Below are positions 1 through 8,110 of a stretch of 41,322 bases of DNA, one piece after another. The stretch lies in assembly GCA_017609225.1 (NCBI GenBank), contig JAFCEK010000004.1, forward strand, positions 1 to 41,322. The letters run 5' to 3'. The notes under the pieces were generated by a model. It saw only the letters and a list, made by a program, of their open reading frames with translations. It had not been told where the DNA came from and made no database searches. Numbering within the stretch: the first letter of the stretch is position 1; every line of letters begins with the position of its first letter. The translations under genes were made by a program, and so were the position numbers. The stretch comes from Candidatus Aenigmatarchaeota archaeon (GTDB taxonomy: Archaea > Aenigmatarchaeota > Aenigmatarchaeia > QMZP01).

Positions 1-223
1 CCACAAGCGCTATCAGTTCCTGAAGCCAGCTGAACATGAGCTCCCCAGGGTTTCCTGCCTTCACATCCAGCATCCTGCTCTCTTTTCTTTCAACAGCATC
101 AATCTGGCAGATAATGCTGAACAATGCCTCTGCTGCATTTTCAAAAACCTCTTTCAGGTCCTTTCCGTATGCCTCAAACATCACATCAGATGTGAGGTCG
201 TCTATTATCTTGAATTTTTTCAT
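1..223 (-). CDS. archease (N-terminal part; gene runs off window start)
   Basis: Not in the ORF track. Manual translation from ATG at 223 gives MKKFKIIDDLTSDVMFEAYGKDLKEVFENAAEALFSIICQIDAVERKESRMLDVKAGNPGELMFSWLQELIALV. This matches the conserved archease N-terminus (..D..FEAYG..LeE.FenAA.Al ... WL.EL). Confidence 0.75.
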   Translation of the reverse strand, partial: MKKFKIIDDLTSDVMFEAYGKDLKEVFENAAEALFSIICQIDAVERKESRMLDVKAGNPGELMFSWLQELIALV

Positions 224-269
224 GTCCAGCCCCTATCGTGTGGACTTGGCCCGTAAAGGAACAGAGTTG

Positions 270-674
270 TCATACCTTTGGTATAACATGCCTTGCCCCG
301 CATGCATCGCACTTGAGGAACTCAAACCTTCCCTGCTTTACAATATGGGTGTCAGGCCTGTTGCATTCAGGGCATTTTATGTAGTTTTTTATGTAGATAT
401 CAATCTTGCTTTGGATCATGTTTGAGGAGAAGTTTCCAAGGACAACAAGCCTCTTTTTTTCCAGGCTTCCCTTGGTTGCAAGTTCCTTCAGGAGGAACTT
501 CAGAAGGTGTTTCGGGTCCCTTCTCAGGGCGCTGGCAATATCCAGAAAGTTTATTATTATGGTCCTGGCTCCGGCTATCTGAATCTCGGGTTTTGGAACA
601 ACAAACCTTGAGCCCGACTCTGCCTTCTTCGGGACTTTTTCAAGTCCCCTTTCCAGGAGCTTTTCATAATCCAT
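270..674 (-). CDS. eif2b: translation initiation factor aIF-2 beta subunit
   Basis: Track ORF 270..758. It has the eIF2-beta/aIF2-beta core and a C-terminal C4 zinc ribbon (CPECNRPDT...CDACG). I moved the start to the ATG at 674 (MDYEKLLERG), because the 28 codons upstream are AT-rich and non-conserved. Confidence 0.9.
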   Translation of the reverse strand: MDYEKLLERGLEKVPKKAESGSRFVVPKPEIQIAGARTIIINFLDIASALRRDPKHLLKFLLKELATKGSLEKKRLVVLGNFSSNMIQSKIDIYIKNYIKCPECNRPDTHIVKQGRFEFLKCDACGARHVIPKV

Positions 675-1041
675 AATAGAACCATCTCTAATCTCTAATG
701 GTATAATATAATATACTACTAACTTTGAATTAAAAACATTTATAAGCCAAAAAAACAATAAATATACGTAAAAAATTTTTACAATGTTTTAAAATCGCGC
801 AGAAATAGAAGCTTTTAATTCATTGGGGGATGAATTAAAGCTTGGGGAATTAAATTGGTTCTGTCAATATTAGTTCTGTATATATATTTGCAAAGCTTAC
901 TTAAAAAGCTTTCGGCAAAGGAGCATGACAGCTTATAATGACTGAATCAGGCTGTTTAAGCTTTAAAGTGGAGGTGTTAGAAAGCCCTCTCCACTTGCAT
1001 AGCAATGTGAGTGGATGGCTAAATAAGTGGAGGTGTGATAT

Positions 1042-2175
1042 ATGGATTCATTGGTCCAGGAAGTTTTTGAAAAAAGTTTTGGAGAATCTAAAGATGAGGG
1101 GGGGATAGAGGCCCAGGAAAATTCAGGCACAGGGATGGAGCAGACACTGAAAGATGAGTTTGGTGTTGAATTTAAGGGTGCAAAAATCCTTGTCCTTGGT
1201 GTGGGAGGTGCAGGCAACAACTGCATTAAAAGGCTGACTGACATGGGAATAAAAGGTGCCCAGACGGTTGCTATAAACACTGATGCAAAGCATTTGTCTG
1301 TTACAAACGCTGACATAAAGGTTCTGATTGGAAAAGAGCTGACCGGGGGGCTTGGAGCAGGAGGCTACCCAACAGTCGGCAGAAAGGCAGCTGAAGAAAG
1401 CGAAAGAGAGATTAGAAAGCTGCTTGACGGGGTGGACATGGTGTACATGGCTGCCGGACTTGGCGGGGGAACAGGAACAGGCGCAGGCCCTGTGATAGCA
1501 AAGATAGCAAAGGAAATGGGAGCAATCGTTATAGGATGCGTTACCATGCCGTTCAAGATTGAAGGAGCCAGGATAGGCAAGGCAGAGGATGGCCTGTGCC
1601 ATTTGAGGCAGGTATGTGACACTGTAATCGTGGTGGAGAATGACAGACTGCTTAAAATAGCAGGCGACCTTCCTGTGGAGCAGGCATTTGGGGTGGCAGA
1701 CAACCTCATATCAACAATAATAAAGGGGGTTACGGAAACCATAAGCATGCCAAGCCTTGTAAACCTGGACTATGCAGATGTAAAGGCAATAATGCATTCA
1801 GGCGGAGTGGCTGCTGTGGGGTTTGGTGAGTCAGACACAAAGAACAGGGCTGAAGAGGCAATCACAAAGGCAATGGCAAACCCGCTGCTTGAGGTGAACT
1901 ATGAAGGCGGGACAGGCGCCCTGATACACATAACAGGAGGCAGCGACCTGAAACTGGATGAAATAAACCAGATAGGAGAGTATGTCTCCAAAATGCTGGA
2001 CCCTGATGCCCAGGTTATCTGGGGCTCAAGGGTTGACCCTGAATTCAGCGGAAAGATTCGGGTGATAACAATAATAACAGGGGTCAAATCACCTTATATA
2101 CTCGGACCCCTGGAAGCCCAGCCGCAGGAGGAAAGGGACTTCAGGCAGGAGCTTGGCATACAGGTTTTGCATTGA
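1042..2175 (+). CDS. ftsZ: cell division GTPase FtsZ
   Basis: Tubulin/FtsZ signature GGGTGTGAGP, plus VLGVGGAGNN and NTDAKHL. GGAGGTG lies 7 nt upstream of the ATG. Confidence 0.95.
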   Translation: MDSLVQEVFEKSFGESKDEGGIEAQENSGTGMEQTLKDEFGVEFKGAKILVLGVGGAGNNCIKRLTDMGIKGAQTVAINTDAKHLSVTNADIKVLIGKELTGGLGAGGYPTVGRKAAEESEREIRKLLDGVDMVYMAAGLGGGTGTGAGPVIAKIAKEMGAIVIGCVTMPFKIEGARIGKAEDGLCHLRQVCDTVIVVENDRLLKIAGDLPVEQAFGVADNLISTIIKGVTETISMPSLVNLDYADVKAIMHSGGVAAVGFGESDTKNRAEEAITKAMANPLLEVNYEGGTGALIHITGGSDLKLDEINQIGEYVSKMLDPDAQVIWGSRVDPEFSGKIRVITIITGVKSPYILGPLEAQPQEERDFRQELGIQVLH

Positions 2176-2185
2176 ATCTTTCCTT

Positions 2186-2224
2186 ACCGGCTTTTTGTTT
2201 TAAGCCGGTTGTTATCTTTTTTTC
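2186..2224. terminator. hairpin plus T-tract between convergent ftsZ and rhomboid genes
   Basis: accggctt-tttgttt-aagccggt forms an 8-bp stem (2186-2209) followed by tcttttttt. Archaeal termination commonly uses oligo-T tracts. Confidence 0.35.
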
Positions 2225-2244
2225 AGATTTCTTATCCGGATTAT

Positions 2245-2973
2245 TTAAACCCATAAAAAAGACAAAAGCCCTGCAATATTGTACAAAAAGAATCCTGCCA
2301 CTGTTTCTATAATCCCGAGTATCATGCCCCCTATCCCTGTTATTAATGCAAAAACAGGGCCAAGGAACAGCAGGAGAAGAAGGCATATTATCAGCACTGC
2401 AATGCCTTTTAATGATTTCTTCCAGTCTGAAAGGAAGGCTGAGAATGCTCCAACAGCAATGCCTCCGAGATGCGCGGTATTTGCTATGTCTGCAAATTCA
2501 GCAGGCTGGAAGTAAACAACCAGGGTTTCAAATATCAGAAAGGTTATTGCTATCATTCCGAGAGGAAGAGGAAAAACATAGAGGTGAATCATTCTGGCAG
2601 GATTGAGGAGCATTGCGGCCCCGAGCACCCCGAACATTGCACCTGAAGCCCCCACAACAGGGCTTGCGGATGTCAGCATAAACACTATATTGCCTATAAT
2701 GCCGGCTGCAAAATAAATCAGAAGGAATTTTTTTCCTGAAACATCCTCTTCCAGCACCCTGCCGAAAAAATACAAACCAAGCATATTGAAAAAGAAATGG
2801 GAAGCGCTCACATGGAGAAAGAGAGATGTGAATATTCTCCAGAATTCAATCAGGGTTCCCTGTGAAAAGGAAAAGAGCAGGAACACGGATTCCCGCATGG
2901 ATTCAGGCATGGAAAAAACAAGAAGGAAAACCAGAAGGTTTGCCAGCAACAGAATGTTTGTGTATCTTCCCAT
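2245..2973 (-). CDS. rhomboid family intramembrane serine protease
   Basis: Polytopic membrane protein with the catalytic GASGAMFG motif and a downstream HLGGIAVG histidine motif. Confidence 0.85.
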   Translation of the reverse strand: MGRYTNILLLANLLVFLLVFSMPESMRESVFLLFSFSQGTLIEFWRIFTSLFLHVSASHFFFNMLGLYFFGRVLEEDVSGKKFLLIYFAAGIIGNIVFMLTSASPVVGASGAMFGVLGAAMLLNPARMIHLYVFPLPLGMIAITFLIFETLVVYFQPAEFADIANTAHLGGIAVGAFSAFLSDWKKSLKGIAVLIICLLLLLFLGPVFALITGIGGMILGIIETVAGFFLYNIAGLLSFLWV

Positions 2974-3006
2974 ATGTTTATTATTAATCCAGGTAAAATA
3001 ATAAGT

Positions 3007-3657
3007 ATGAAAAAGCTTGGGGAAAGGGAAACATGGTCTTTGCTGAAGAGATGGAAAATACCTGTTGCTGAATACTTTCTTGCAAAAAACCCTGAGCAGG
3101 CAGCGGGGTTTGCAGAGAGGGTTGGCTATCCTGTTGTGCTGAAGATTTCCTCAAGGGAGATTATCCACAAGACAGAGGCAGGCGGGGTTGAATCCTGCCT
3201 GAAAAATGAAAAAGATGTAAAGCATGCGTTTGAACGAATAATGAGAAATGCCGGAAAGGCATATCCAAAGGCAAAAATTGATGGTGTGCTTGTGCAGAAA
3301 ATGATGGAGGGGCATGAGATAATTCTGGGAAGCAAGACAGACCCCCAGTTCGGGCCTGTGCTGATGTTCGGAATGGGCGGGATTTTTGTGGAGGTGCTGA
3401 AGGATGTTACATTCAGGCTGATACCTGTTACAAGAAAGGATGTAAGGGAAATGATTCATGAGATAAAGGGATATAAAATCCTCAAGGGAACAAGGGGGCA
3501 GAGGCCTGTGAATTTCAGGATGCTGGAAAACATCCTGCTAAGGGTTTCTGACATGGTCTGGAAAACAGAAAAGCCAGAAATAAAGGAGCTTGACATCAAT
3601 CCCCTTTTTGTTAATTCCAGGGAAGCTGTGGCTGTGGATGTAAGGATTCTGGTCTGA
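3007..3657 (+). CDS. acdB: ADP-forming acetyl-CoA synthetase beta-subunit-like ATP-grasp protein
   Basis: Resembles the ACD beta/ATP-grasp domain (GYPVVLKISS..IHKTEAGGV, GPVLMFGMGGIFVE, ELDINPL). The start is taken at ATG 3007 (MKKLGE) rather than track position 2974. No alpha subunit is nearby. Confidence 0.7.
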   Translation: MKKLGERETWSLLKRWKIPVAEYFLAKNPEQAAGFAERVGYPVVLKISSREIIHKTEAGGVESCLKNEKDVKHAFERIMRNAGKAYPKAKIDGVLVQKMMEGHEIILGSKTDPQFGPVLMFGMGGIFVEVLKDVTFRLIPVTRKDVREMIHEIKGYKILKGTRGQRPVNFRMLENILLRVSDMVWKTEKPEIKELDINPLFVNSREAVAVDVRILV

Positions 3658-3689
3658 AAGAATAAAAAGCTTTTTATCAATAACTGAAT

Positions 3690-4364
3690 ATGAATGATAA
3701 ACCTTACTGGAAATTTAATATTTTCAAAGTATCTGATAATGAAGTGGGACCCCATATTCATTTTGGAGAGCCGGAAATTTACAAGCCTGATGAAATACAG
3801 CGCCTGGTGGGCACAGAGGTGTGCTATGTTATTGTGGATGATGATGATCCGGATAGCGGGTGTATAAGAAACTACAGGCAGGGCATGCTTGTTGGGTTTA
3901 ACAGTGAGTTTTCCTTTCTTACAATAAGGCCTGTTGTTTACAGGGGGATTGACTTTTTGGACATTGCTGATGGTATTGGTTTTGAAAGGCAAGTGACACA
4001 GGATGAGGAAATTTATCCATTCCTGCCTCAGGCAGGGGAATTCCCAGTATGCATTTTCCTTGCACCCTGTCCCCAGGAAATGATAGAGCATGACAGGAGA
4101 GAAAAGATTGGAATATTTAAGAAATGGGAAAGAGAAGGCCGCATAAAAAGGGGACCGTACGGCAGGATAGACTTTGGAACCAAGAATGATTTGTTATTGC
4201 ATGATATATGCACTGATCCCAGGATACAAGAAGAAAGTGTTGTTCTGCTTGCAAGGAATGCAACAACCCCTGCAAGATTTGGAGAGAGCAGGGTTGTTCC
4301 CCCTCACAGGTGGATGGGATACCCGGGAATATACATTGCTGCTCCGCCAGAAGATGATGAATAG
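3690..4364 (+). CDS. hypothetical protein (224 aa, acidic C-terminus)
   Basis: Long ORF in a coding-dense region. I recognise no family. Confidence 0.45.
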   Translation: MNDKPYWKFNIFKVSDNEVGPHIHFGEPEIYKPDEIQRLVGTEVCYVIVDDDDPDSGCIRNYRQGMLVGFNSEFSFLTIRPVVYRGIDFLDIADGIGFERQVTQDEEIYPFLPQAGEFPVCIFLAPCPQEMIEHDRREKIGIFKKWEREGRIKRGPYGRIDFGTKNDLLLHDICTDPRIQEESVVLLARNATTPARFGESRVVPPHRWMGYPGIYIAAPPEDDE

Positions 4365-4424
4365 AGAAATTACATTTTTAAATACATTATTCAATTTAAT
4401 TATACAGAATAGAAAAGTGGGAAT

Positions 4425-4550
4425 ATGGCCAGAAAGAAGGCAAAACAGAAAAAGAATGTAAGAACCGGGTTTCTTAGAAGAATAAAGAAAAAGATTCCGG
4501 GAGGTCCTTCCATAATTCACTACACAAAGAAAAGGGGCAGGAAGAGGTGA
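4425..4550 (+). CDS. rpl34e: very short ribosomal protein L34e-like ORF (41 aa)
   Basis: Manual ORF MARKKAKQKKNVRTGFLRRIKKKIPGGPSIIHYTKKRGRKR. It resembles the L34e N-terminal motif (R.v.vKTPGGr.v.HY.KK). It lies immediately upstream of rpl14e, which fits the known archaeal L34e...L14e neighbourhood. Confidence 0.55.
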   Translation: MARKKAKQKKNVRTGFLRRIKKKIPGGPSIIHYTKKRGRKR

Positions 4551-4554
4551 CACT

Positions 4555-4965
4555 ATGCTTGAAGTGGGAAGGATTTGCCTAAAGACAGCAGGAAGAGAGG
4601 CAGGAAGGCACTGCGTGATTGTCAAGAAGATAGATGATAATTTTGTAATGGTTACCGGTCCCAAACCAGCCACAAATGTAAAGAGGAGAAGATGCAACAT
4701 TCTTCATCTGGAGCCTCTTGAGGAGAAAATAAAAATAAAGCCTGATGCCAGCGATAATGAAATCTTAAATGAATACCAGAAGGCTGATCTGTTCTCAAAA
4801 CTTAACATAGAAAAGCCATCGCCCAGGAAGGCTGAAGAATGGAAAGCCAAAAAGAAAAAACAGGGAGAAAAGAAGGGGCTGAAGGAAAAGCTCAAAATAA
4901 GAAAGGCAGGCAAGGCGGAAAAAAGGCCTGAAAAGAAAGCCAAGGAAAAACCAAAAAAGAAATAG
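4555..4965 (+). CDS. rpl14e: ribosomal protein L14e with Lys-rich C-terminal tail
   Basis: KOW-type N-terminus VGRICLKTAGREAGRHCVIVKKIDDNFVMVTGP...VKRRRCNILHLEP. AGGTGA lies upstream of the ATG. The tail is roughly 40 aa, rich in K/E/A. Confidence 0.85.
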   Translation: MLEVGRICLKTAGREAGRHCVIVKKIDDNFVMVTGPKPATNVKRRRCNILHLEPLEEKIKIKPDASDNEILNEYQKADLFSKLNIEKPSPRKAEEWKAKKKKQGEKKGLKEKLKIRKAGKAEKRPEKKAKEKPKKK

Positions 4966-4966
4966 A

Positions 4967-5110
4967 TTATCTGAGGCAGGCAGGCATCTCATTATGGCTT
5001 CTGTGGTATGATATGCATTCGCAGCATATCCCATGCCTTGGGCAGTCATTGTAATCGCATGGGCATTCCTGCTCGTTCAGTTTTTTGTTTTTGCAGTCCT
5101 TTTTCTCCAT
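4967..5110 (-). CDS. small Cys-rich protein (47 aa)
   Basis: Manual ORF MEKKDCKNKKLNEQECPCDYNDCPRHGICCECISYHRSHNEMPACLR. It starts 5 nt after the aEF-1beta stop. The C..CPC.Y..C.R.G.CC.C..YH.....P.C pattern resembles a small conserved cysteine-rich family. Confidence 0.5.
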   Translation of the reverse strand: MEKKDCKNKKLNEQECPCDYNDCPRHGICCECISYHRSHNEMPACLR

Positions 5111-5115
5111 AGAAA

Positions 5116-5367
5116 TCATAAACTTCTTGATGCCCGGAGAACCTCAACCTCTCCAACACCATCTATCTGCCTTATTTTGTTCTCAATCTTGTCCTGCTCC
5201 CCTTCGGCATCAGGAACTATAACAGTGAGCTTTATTGCCTTAAGGCCGAATGCTATGGGCTCCTCCTCAATCCTCTGGGGATTCAGGTTTTCCAGCTGCT
5301 TCTTTATTTTTTCAAAGCCTTCGGGGCTTTTTGGAAGTATCTTGAAAACCAGGATAACCTCTCCCAT
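5116..5367 (-). CDS. ef1b: elongation factor 1-beta (aEF-1beta)
   Basis: MGEVILVFKILPKSPEGFEKIKKQLE...EEEPIAFGLKAIKLTVIVPDAEG...VGEVEVLRASRSL matches archaeal EF-1beta. The start is moved to ATG 5367. Confidence 0.85.
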   Translation of the reverse strand: MGEVILVFKILPKSPEGFEKIKKQLENLNPQRIEEEPIAFGLKAIKLTVIVPDAEGEQDKIENKIRQIDGVGEVEVLRASRSL

Positions 5368-5402
5368 GAACCAACACCCTGCACTCTGCAACAGCTGCTT
5401 TA

Positions 5403-5558
5403 TCATGGCCCTGTAAAGCCGCATTTGCATGTGTATGAATTTTCCAGTGCCTTGCACTTCTCACATCTGATTATTTCCTCTTTTCCGCATTTAGGACATT
5501 TGAATTTAATCCATTTGTCCTCTGTTTCAATTCTCTTTCCGCATGAAGTGCATTTCAT
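5403..5558 (-). CDS. Zn-ribbon protein (51 aa), the usual upstream partner of aEF-1beta
   Basis: Manual ORF MKCTSCGKRIETEDKWIKFKCPKCGKEEIIRCEKCKALENSYTCKCGFTGP with four CxxC-type pairs. A Zn-ribbon gene preceding ef1b is a common archaeal arrangement. Confidence 0.65.
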   Translation of the reverse strand: MKCTSCGKRIETEDKWIKFKCPKCGKEEIIRCEKCKALENSYTCKCGFTGP

Positions 5559-5621
5559 ATTATCAGATTAAACTTATTGGCATGAATGTATTTAAATGTT
5601 TGGAATTTTGAAAAAAAAGGC

Positions 5622-6224
5622 TCATTCCCATATGAACTCATAATCCCTGAATGCCGGTGCTCTGTGGGTTTTTTCCTTGTGATTCCAGTAAAACATCAGC
5701 GCTGCCCCTGTAGCTATGCCTCCAAGATGGCCAAAGTTTGCTATCCCAGGGTCAAGTCCTGTAAGTCCAAGGAAAAGCTCAAGCCCTGCAAAAAATATCA
5801 CTGCAAATCTTGCAGGCAGCGGAATTCCGGGGGGTATGAATATTATGTTTTTTGGATAAAGGAAGCCGTATGCTGTGAGCACCGCAAACACCGCGCCTGA
5901 TGCTCCCAGCATCAGGATTACTGATTCACCTGTAAATGCAATGTAAAGCAGGGATGACCCAATCCCTGACAGCAGGTAAAGGATGATGTACCTTTTCCAT
6001 CCCAGGATTCTCTCAACGCTGACACCAAAAATAAAAAGCACAAACATATTGAGCAGAATATGGCTCATACTGCCGTGCAGAAACATGTAAGTAAAGAACT
6101 GCCAGTAGGCGCCGTACATAGCCAGGACAGGCGTTAAAGCAAAGAATTCCGTGAAGCCGGGAAAGATGCCCTGGAGTATGAAAACCATCACATTAATCAG
6201 AACCAACGCCAGGGTTATTCTCAT
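5622..6224 (-). CDS. rhomboid family intramembrane serine protease (second paralogue)
   Basis: GASGAVFAVL and HLGGIATGA motifs. The track start at 6233 is TTG, so I prefer ATG 6224 (MRITLAL). Confidence 0.85.
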   Translation of the reverse strand: MRITLALVLINVMVFILQGIFPGFTEFFALTPVLAMYGAYWQFFTYMFLHGSMSHILLNMFVLFIFGVSVERILGWKRYIILYLLSGIGSSLLYIAFTGESVILMLGASGAVFAVLTAYGFLYPKNIIFIPPGIPLPARFAVIFFAGLELFLGLTGLDPGIANFGHLGGIATGAALMFYWNHKEKTHRAPAFRDYEFIWE

Positions 6225-6257
6225 ACTAATCAATCTTTACTATTGAATTAATATGTT

Positions 6258-7400
6258 TTATTTTTTCTTCCTGAATTTTCTCCAGAAAATGTATAATATC
6301 ACAAGAACAACTATAACTGCTGCTCCTGTAAGTGTTCCGTTTCCGCTTGAAGGTATTTCATAATTAAGTACAATTTCCTTTGAAACCTGGTTCTTTTCTA
6401 TGCCTGGCCCTATGTAATCCATCACAAGGTTTCCTGTGCCTTTCAGCACAAGAGGGAAGTCAAATGTTGTCTTCCTGTTCTCCTTCAGCTGGCTCACATA
6501 ATCTATATCAATTGTTTTGTTGCCGATAATCAGCTTTGCCTCCAGGCTTTTTGCCTCAGTTGTTCCCTTGTTGGCAACCTCTATCCTCAGTATGTTTCTT
6601 TCATAAAGCGGCTCTATCTTTATTATTTCGAGATTAATTGAACCTGATACTGAGAGACCTATTATTTTTGTGTCTGTTGCCAGGGCGTTGCCTTCATCCC
6701 TGTAGCTGATTGTTAATTCAGGCGTGTATGTTTCCTGTTCTGCAGAGCTGTCAATGCTTATGTCCATTTCCACATCCCTTGTTTCACCTGGCCCCAGCTC
6801 TTCTATATAAACCTCCCCTGTTGAAAGCACAGGCTTCAGATAGGTTGTGTTGGGAAACTGGATTTCAATGTCTTTTGCGCTTCCTGTGCCTACATTCTTT
6901 ATCCTGAATTTCAGCTGCACAACATCCCCTGGATTAAGCCTTCCGGGGTTGGTTGTCACATCTTCTATTATCAGGTTGGGGTTTCCCTGAACATTCAGCG
7001 ATATTTCATTCATTCTTTTTATGCTGGTGTCACCGCTCTGATAAGAAAAGAACTTTATCTTGTAATTGTCTGAAACAGCATGGCTGTCAACATGAAGCTT
7101 GTAGCTTGTCTTCACGGATTTGGATGCCCCTATTTTAACAAATGTTTTTGTCTGCTCCTCTCCGGGGAGCAGCATGAACGGATCTGTAACATTAATCTCT
7201 ACAACCAGGTTTTCAGCAGCTCCATAGCCGTTGTTCTGTACCTCAACCCCCAGCGTAACAACATCCCCCGGCTCAGCAGGGTATGGAGTCTGGTTTGTAA
7301 GAACAATGTCTATGCTTGGGGAGCCAACCAGCGCAGATGCATTTGCTGCTGCAAGCATAACAAATACAAAGCAGCTGAAAACTATTGTTTTTCCGTTCAT
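6258..7400 (-). CDS. secreted/anchored surface protein with three CARDB-like repeats
   Basis: N-terminal signal-like segment, repeated PGD.V.L...V.N.G...A modules, and a C-terminal TM segment plus KKK anchor. Its ATG overlaps the ABC ATPase stop (ATGA at 7397-7400). Confidence 0.6.
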   Translation of the reverse strand: MNGKTIVFSCFVFVMLAAANASALVGSPSIDIVLTNQTPYPAEPGDVVTLGVEVQNNGYGAAENLVVEINVTDPFMLLPGEEQTKTFVKIGASKSVKTSYKLHVDSHAVSDNYKIKFFSYQSGDTSIKRMNEISLNVQGNPNLIIEDVTTNPGRLNPGDVVQLKFRIKNVGTGSAKDIEIQFPNTTYLKPVLSTGEVYIEELGPGETRDVEMDISIDSSAEQETYTPELTISYRDEGNALATDTKIIGLSVSGSINLEIIKIEPLYERNILRIEVANKGTTEAKSLEAKLIIGNKTIDIDYVSQLKENRKTTFDFPLVLKGTGNLVMDYIGPGIEKNQVSKEIVLNYEIPSSGNGTLTGAAVIVVLVILYIFWRKFRKKK

Positions 7401-8110
7401 TTTCCTCTACCTTTTCTTTTTTTAATTATCTTGATTATTTCCCCGTCACGAATATTTATTACTGTGTTGGCAAATCCGCTTATTCTCTGGTCATGCGTTA
7501 CCAGTATTATAGTATATCCTTTTTCTTTGTTTAAATCTTTAAGAAGGTTTAGTATTTTCATGCCTGTTTTTGTGTCCAGGTTTCCTGTGGGCTCATCCCC
7601 AAGGATTATTTTCGGCTCGTTTGCCAGCGCCCTGGCAATTGCAACCCTCTGCTGTTCACCTCCTGAAAGCTGGGAGGGCAGATGCGTTAATCTTTCTCCA
7701 AGACCAACCATATGCAGAAGTTTCCTCGCCCTCTCTTCTGCTTCGTTTTTTGATTTACCGTTTATTCTCATTGTAAGCGCAACGTTCTCCAGCGCTGTTG
7801 AGGAGCTGATAAGATTATACTGCTGGAATATAAACCCTATCTTTTCTCCTCTTATTTTTGCAAGCTCCCTGTCATTCAGGTTGTTTGTTTCAATGCCGTC
7901 AATAACAACCTTGCCTGTTGTTGGCTTAAGGAGGCATCCTATTATATCCAGCAGCGTTGTTTTTCCGGAGCCTGAAGGCCCGAGAATGGAAACAAAGTCA
8001 CCCTTATTTATACTCAAATCTACATCTTTCAGAACCCTTACCTCTGATTCCATTCCTGGATTGTAAACCTTTGTTATGTTTTTTGCTTCAGCAATATGTT
8101 CCTTACTCAT
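7397..8110 (-). CDS. ABC transporter ATP-binding protein (MacB/LolD-like)
   Basis: Walker A GPSGSGKTT, signature LSGGEQQR, Walker B ILGDEPTGNLD. Confidence 0.9.
   Translation of the reverse strand: MSKEHIAEAKNITKVYNPGMESEVRVLKDVDLSINKGDFVSILGPSGSGKTTLLDIIGCLLKPTTGKVVIDGIETNNLNDRELAKIRGEKIGFIFQQYNLISSSTALENVALTMRINGKSKNEAEERARKLLHMVGLGERLTHLPSQLSGGEQQRVAIARALANEPKIILGDEPTGNLDTKTGMKILNLLKDLNKEKGYTIILVTHDQRISGFANTVINIRDGEIIKIIKKRKGRGK

Noticed and set aside
36-425. 129-aa plus-strand ORF
   Set aside because: It is antisense to the archease and aIF2-beta genes, which have clear homology. It has low-complexity S/F/L-rich composition.
3456-4091. 211-aa minus-strand ORF
   Set aside because: It overlaps the 3' end of the ACD-beta-like gene and the 5' half of the 224-aa ORF in antisense. 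I see no recognisable motifs, and its composition is typical of a shadow frame.
4194-4700. 168-aa minus-strand ORF
   Set aside because: It is antisense to the L34e-like and L14e genes. It is a shadow ORF.
4800-4965. Repetitive aaag/gaaa-rich stretch that looks like a simple repeat
   Set aside because: It is in frame and encodes the Lys/Glu-rich tail of L14e. It is not a CRISPR or tandem-repeat array. I saw no CRISPR-like spaced repeats anywhere in the window.
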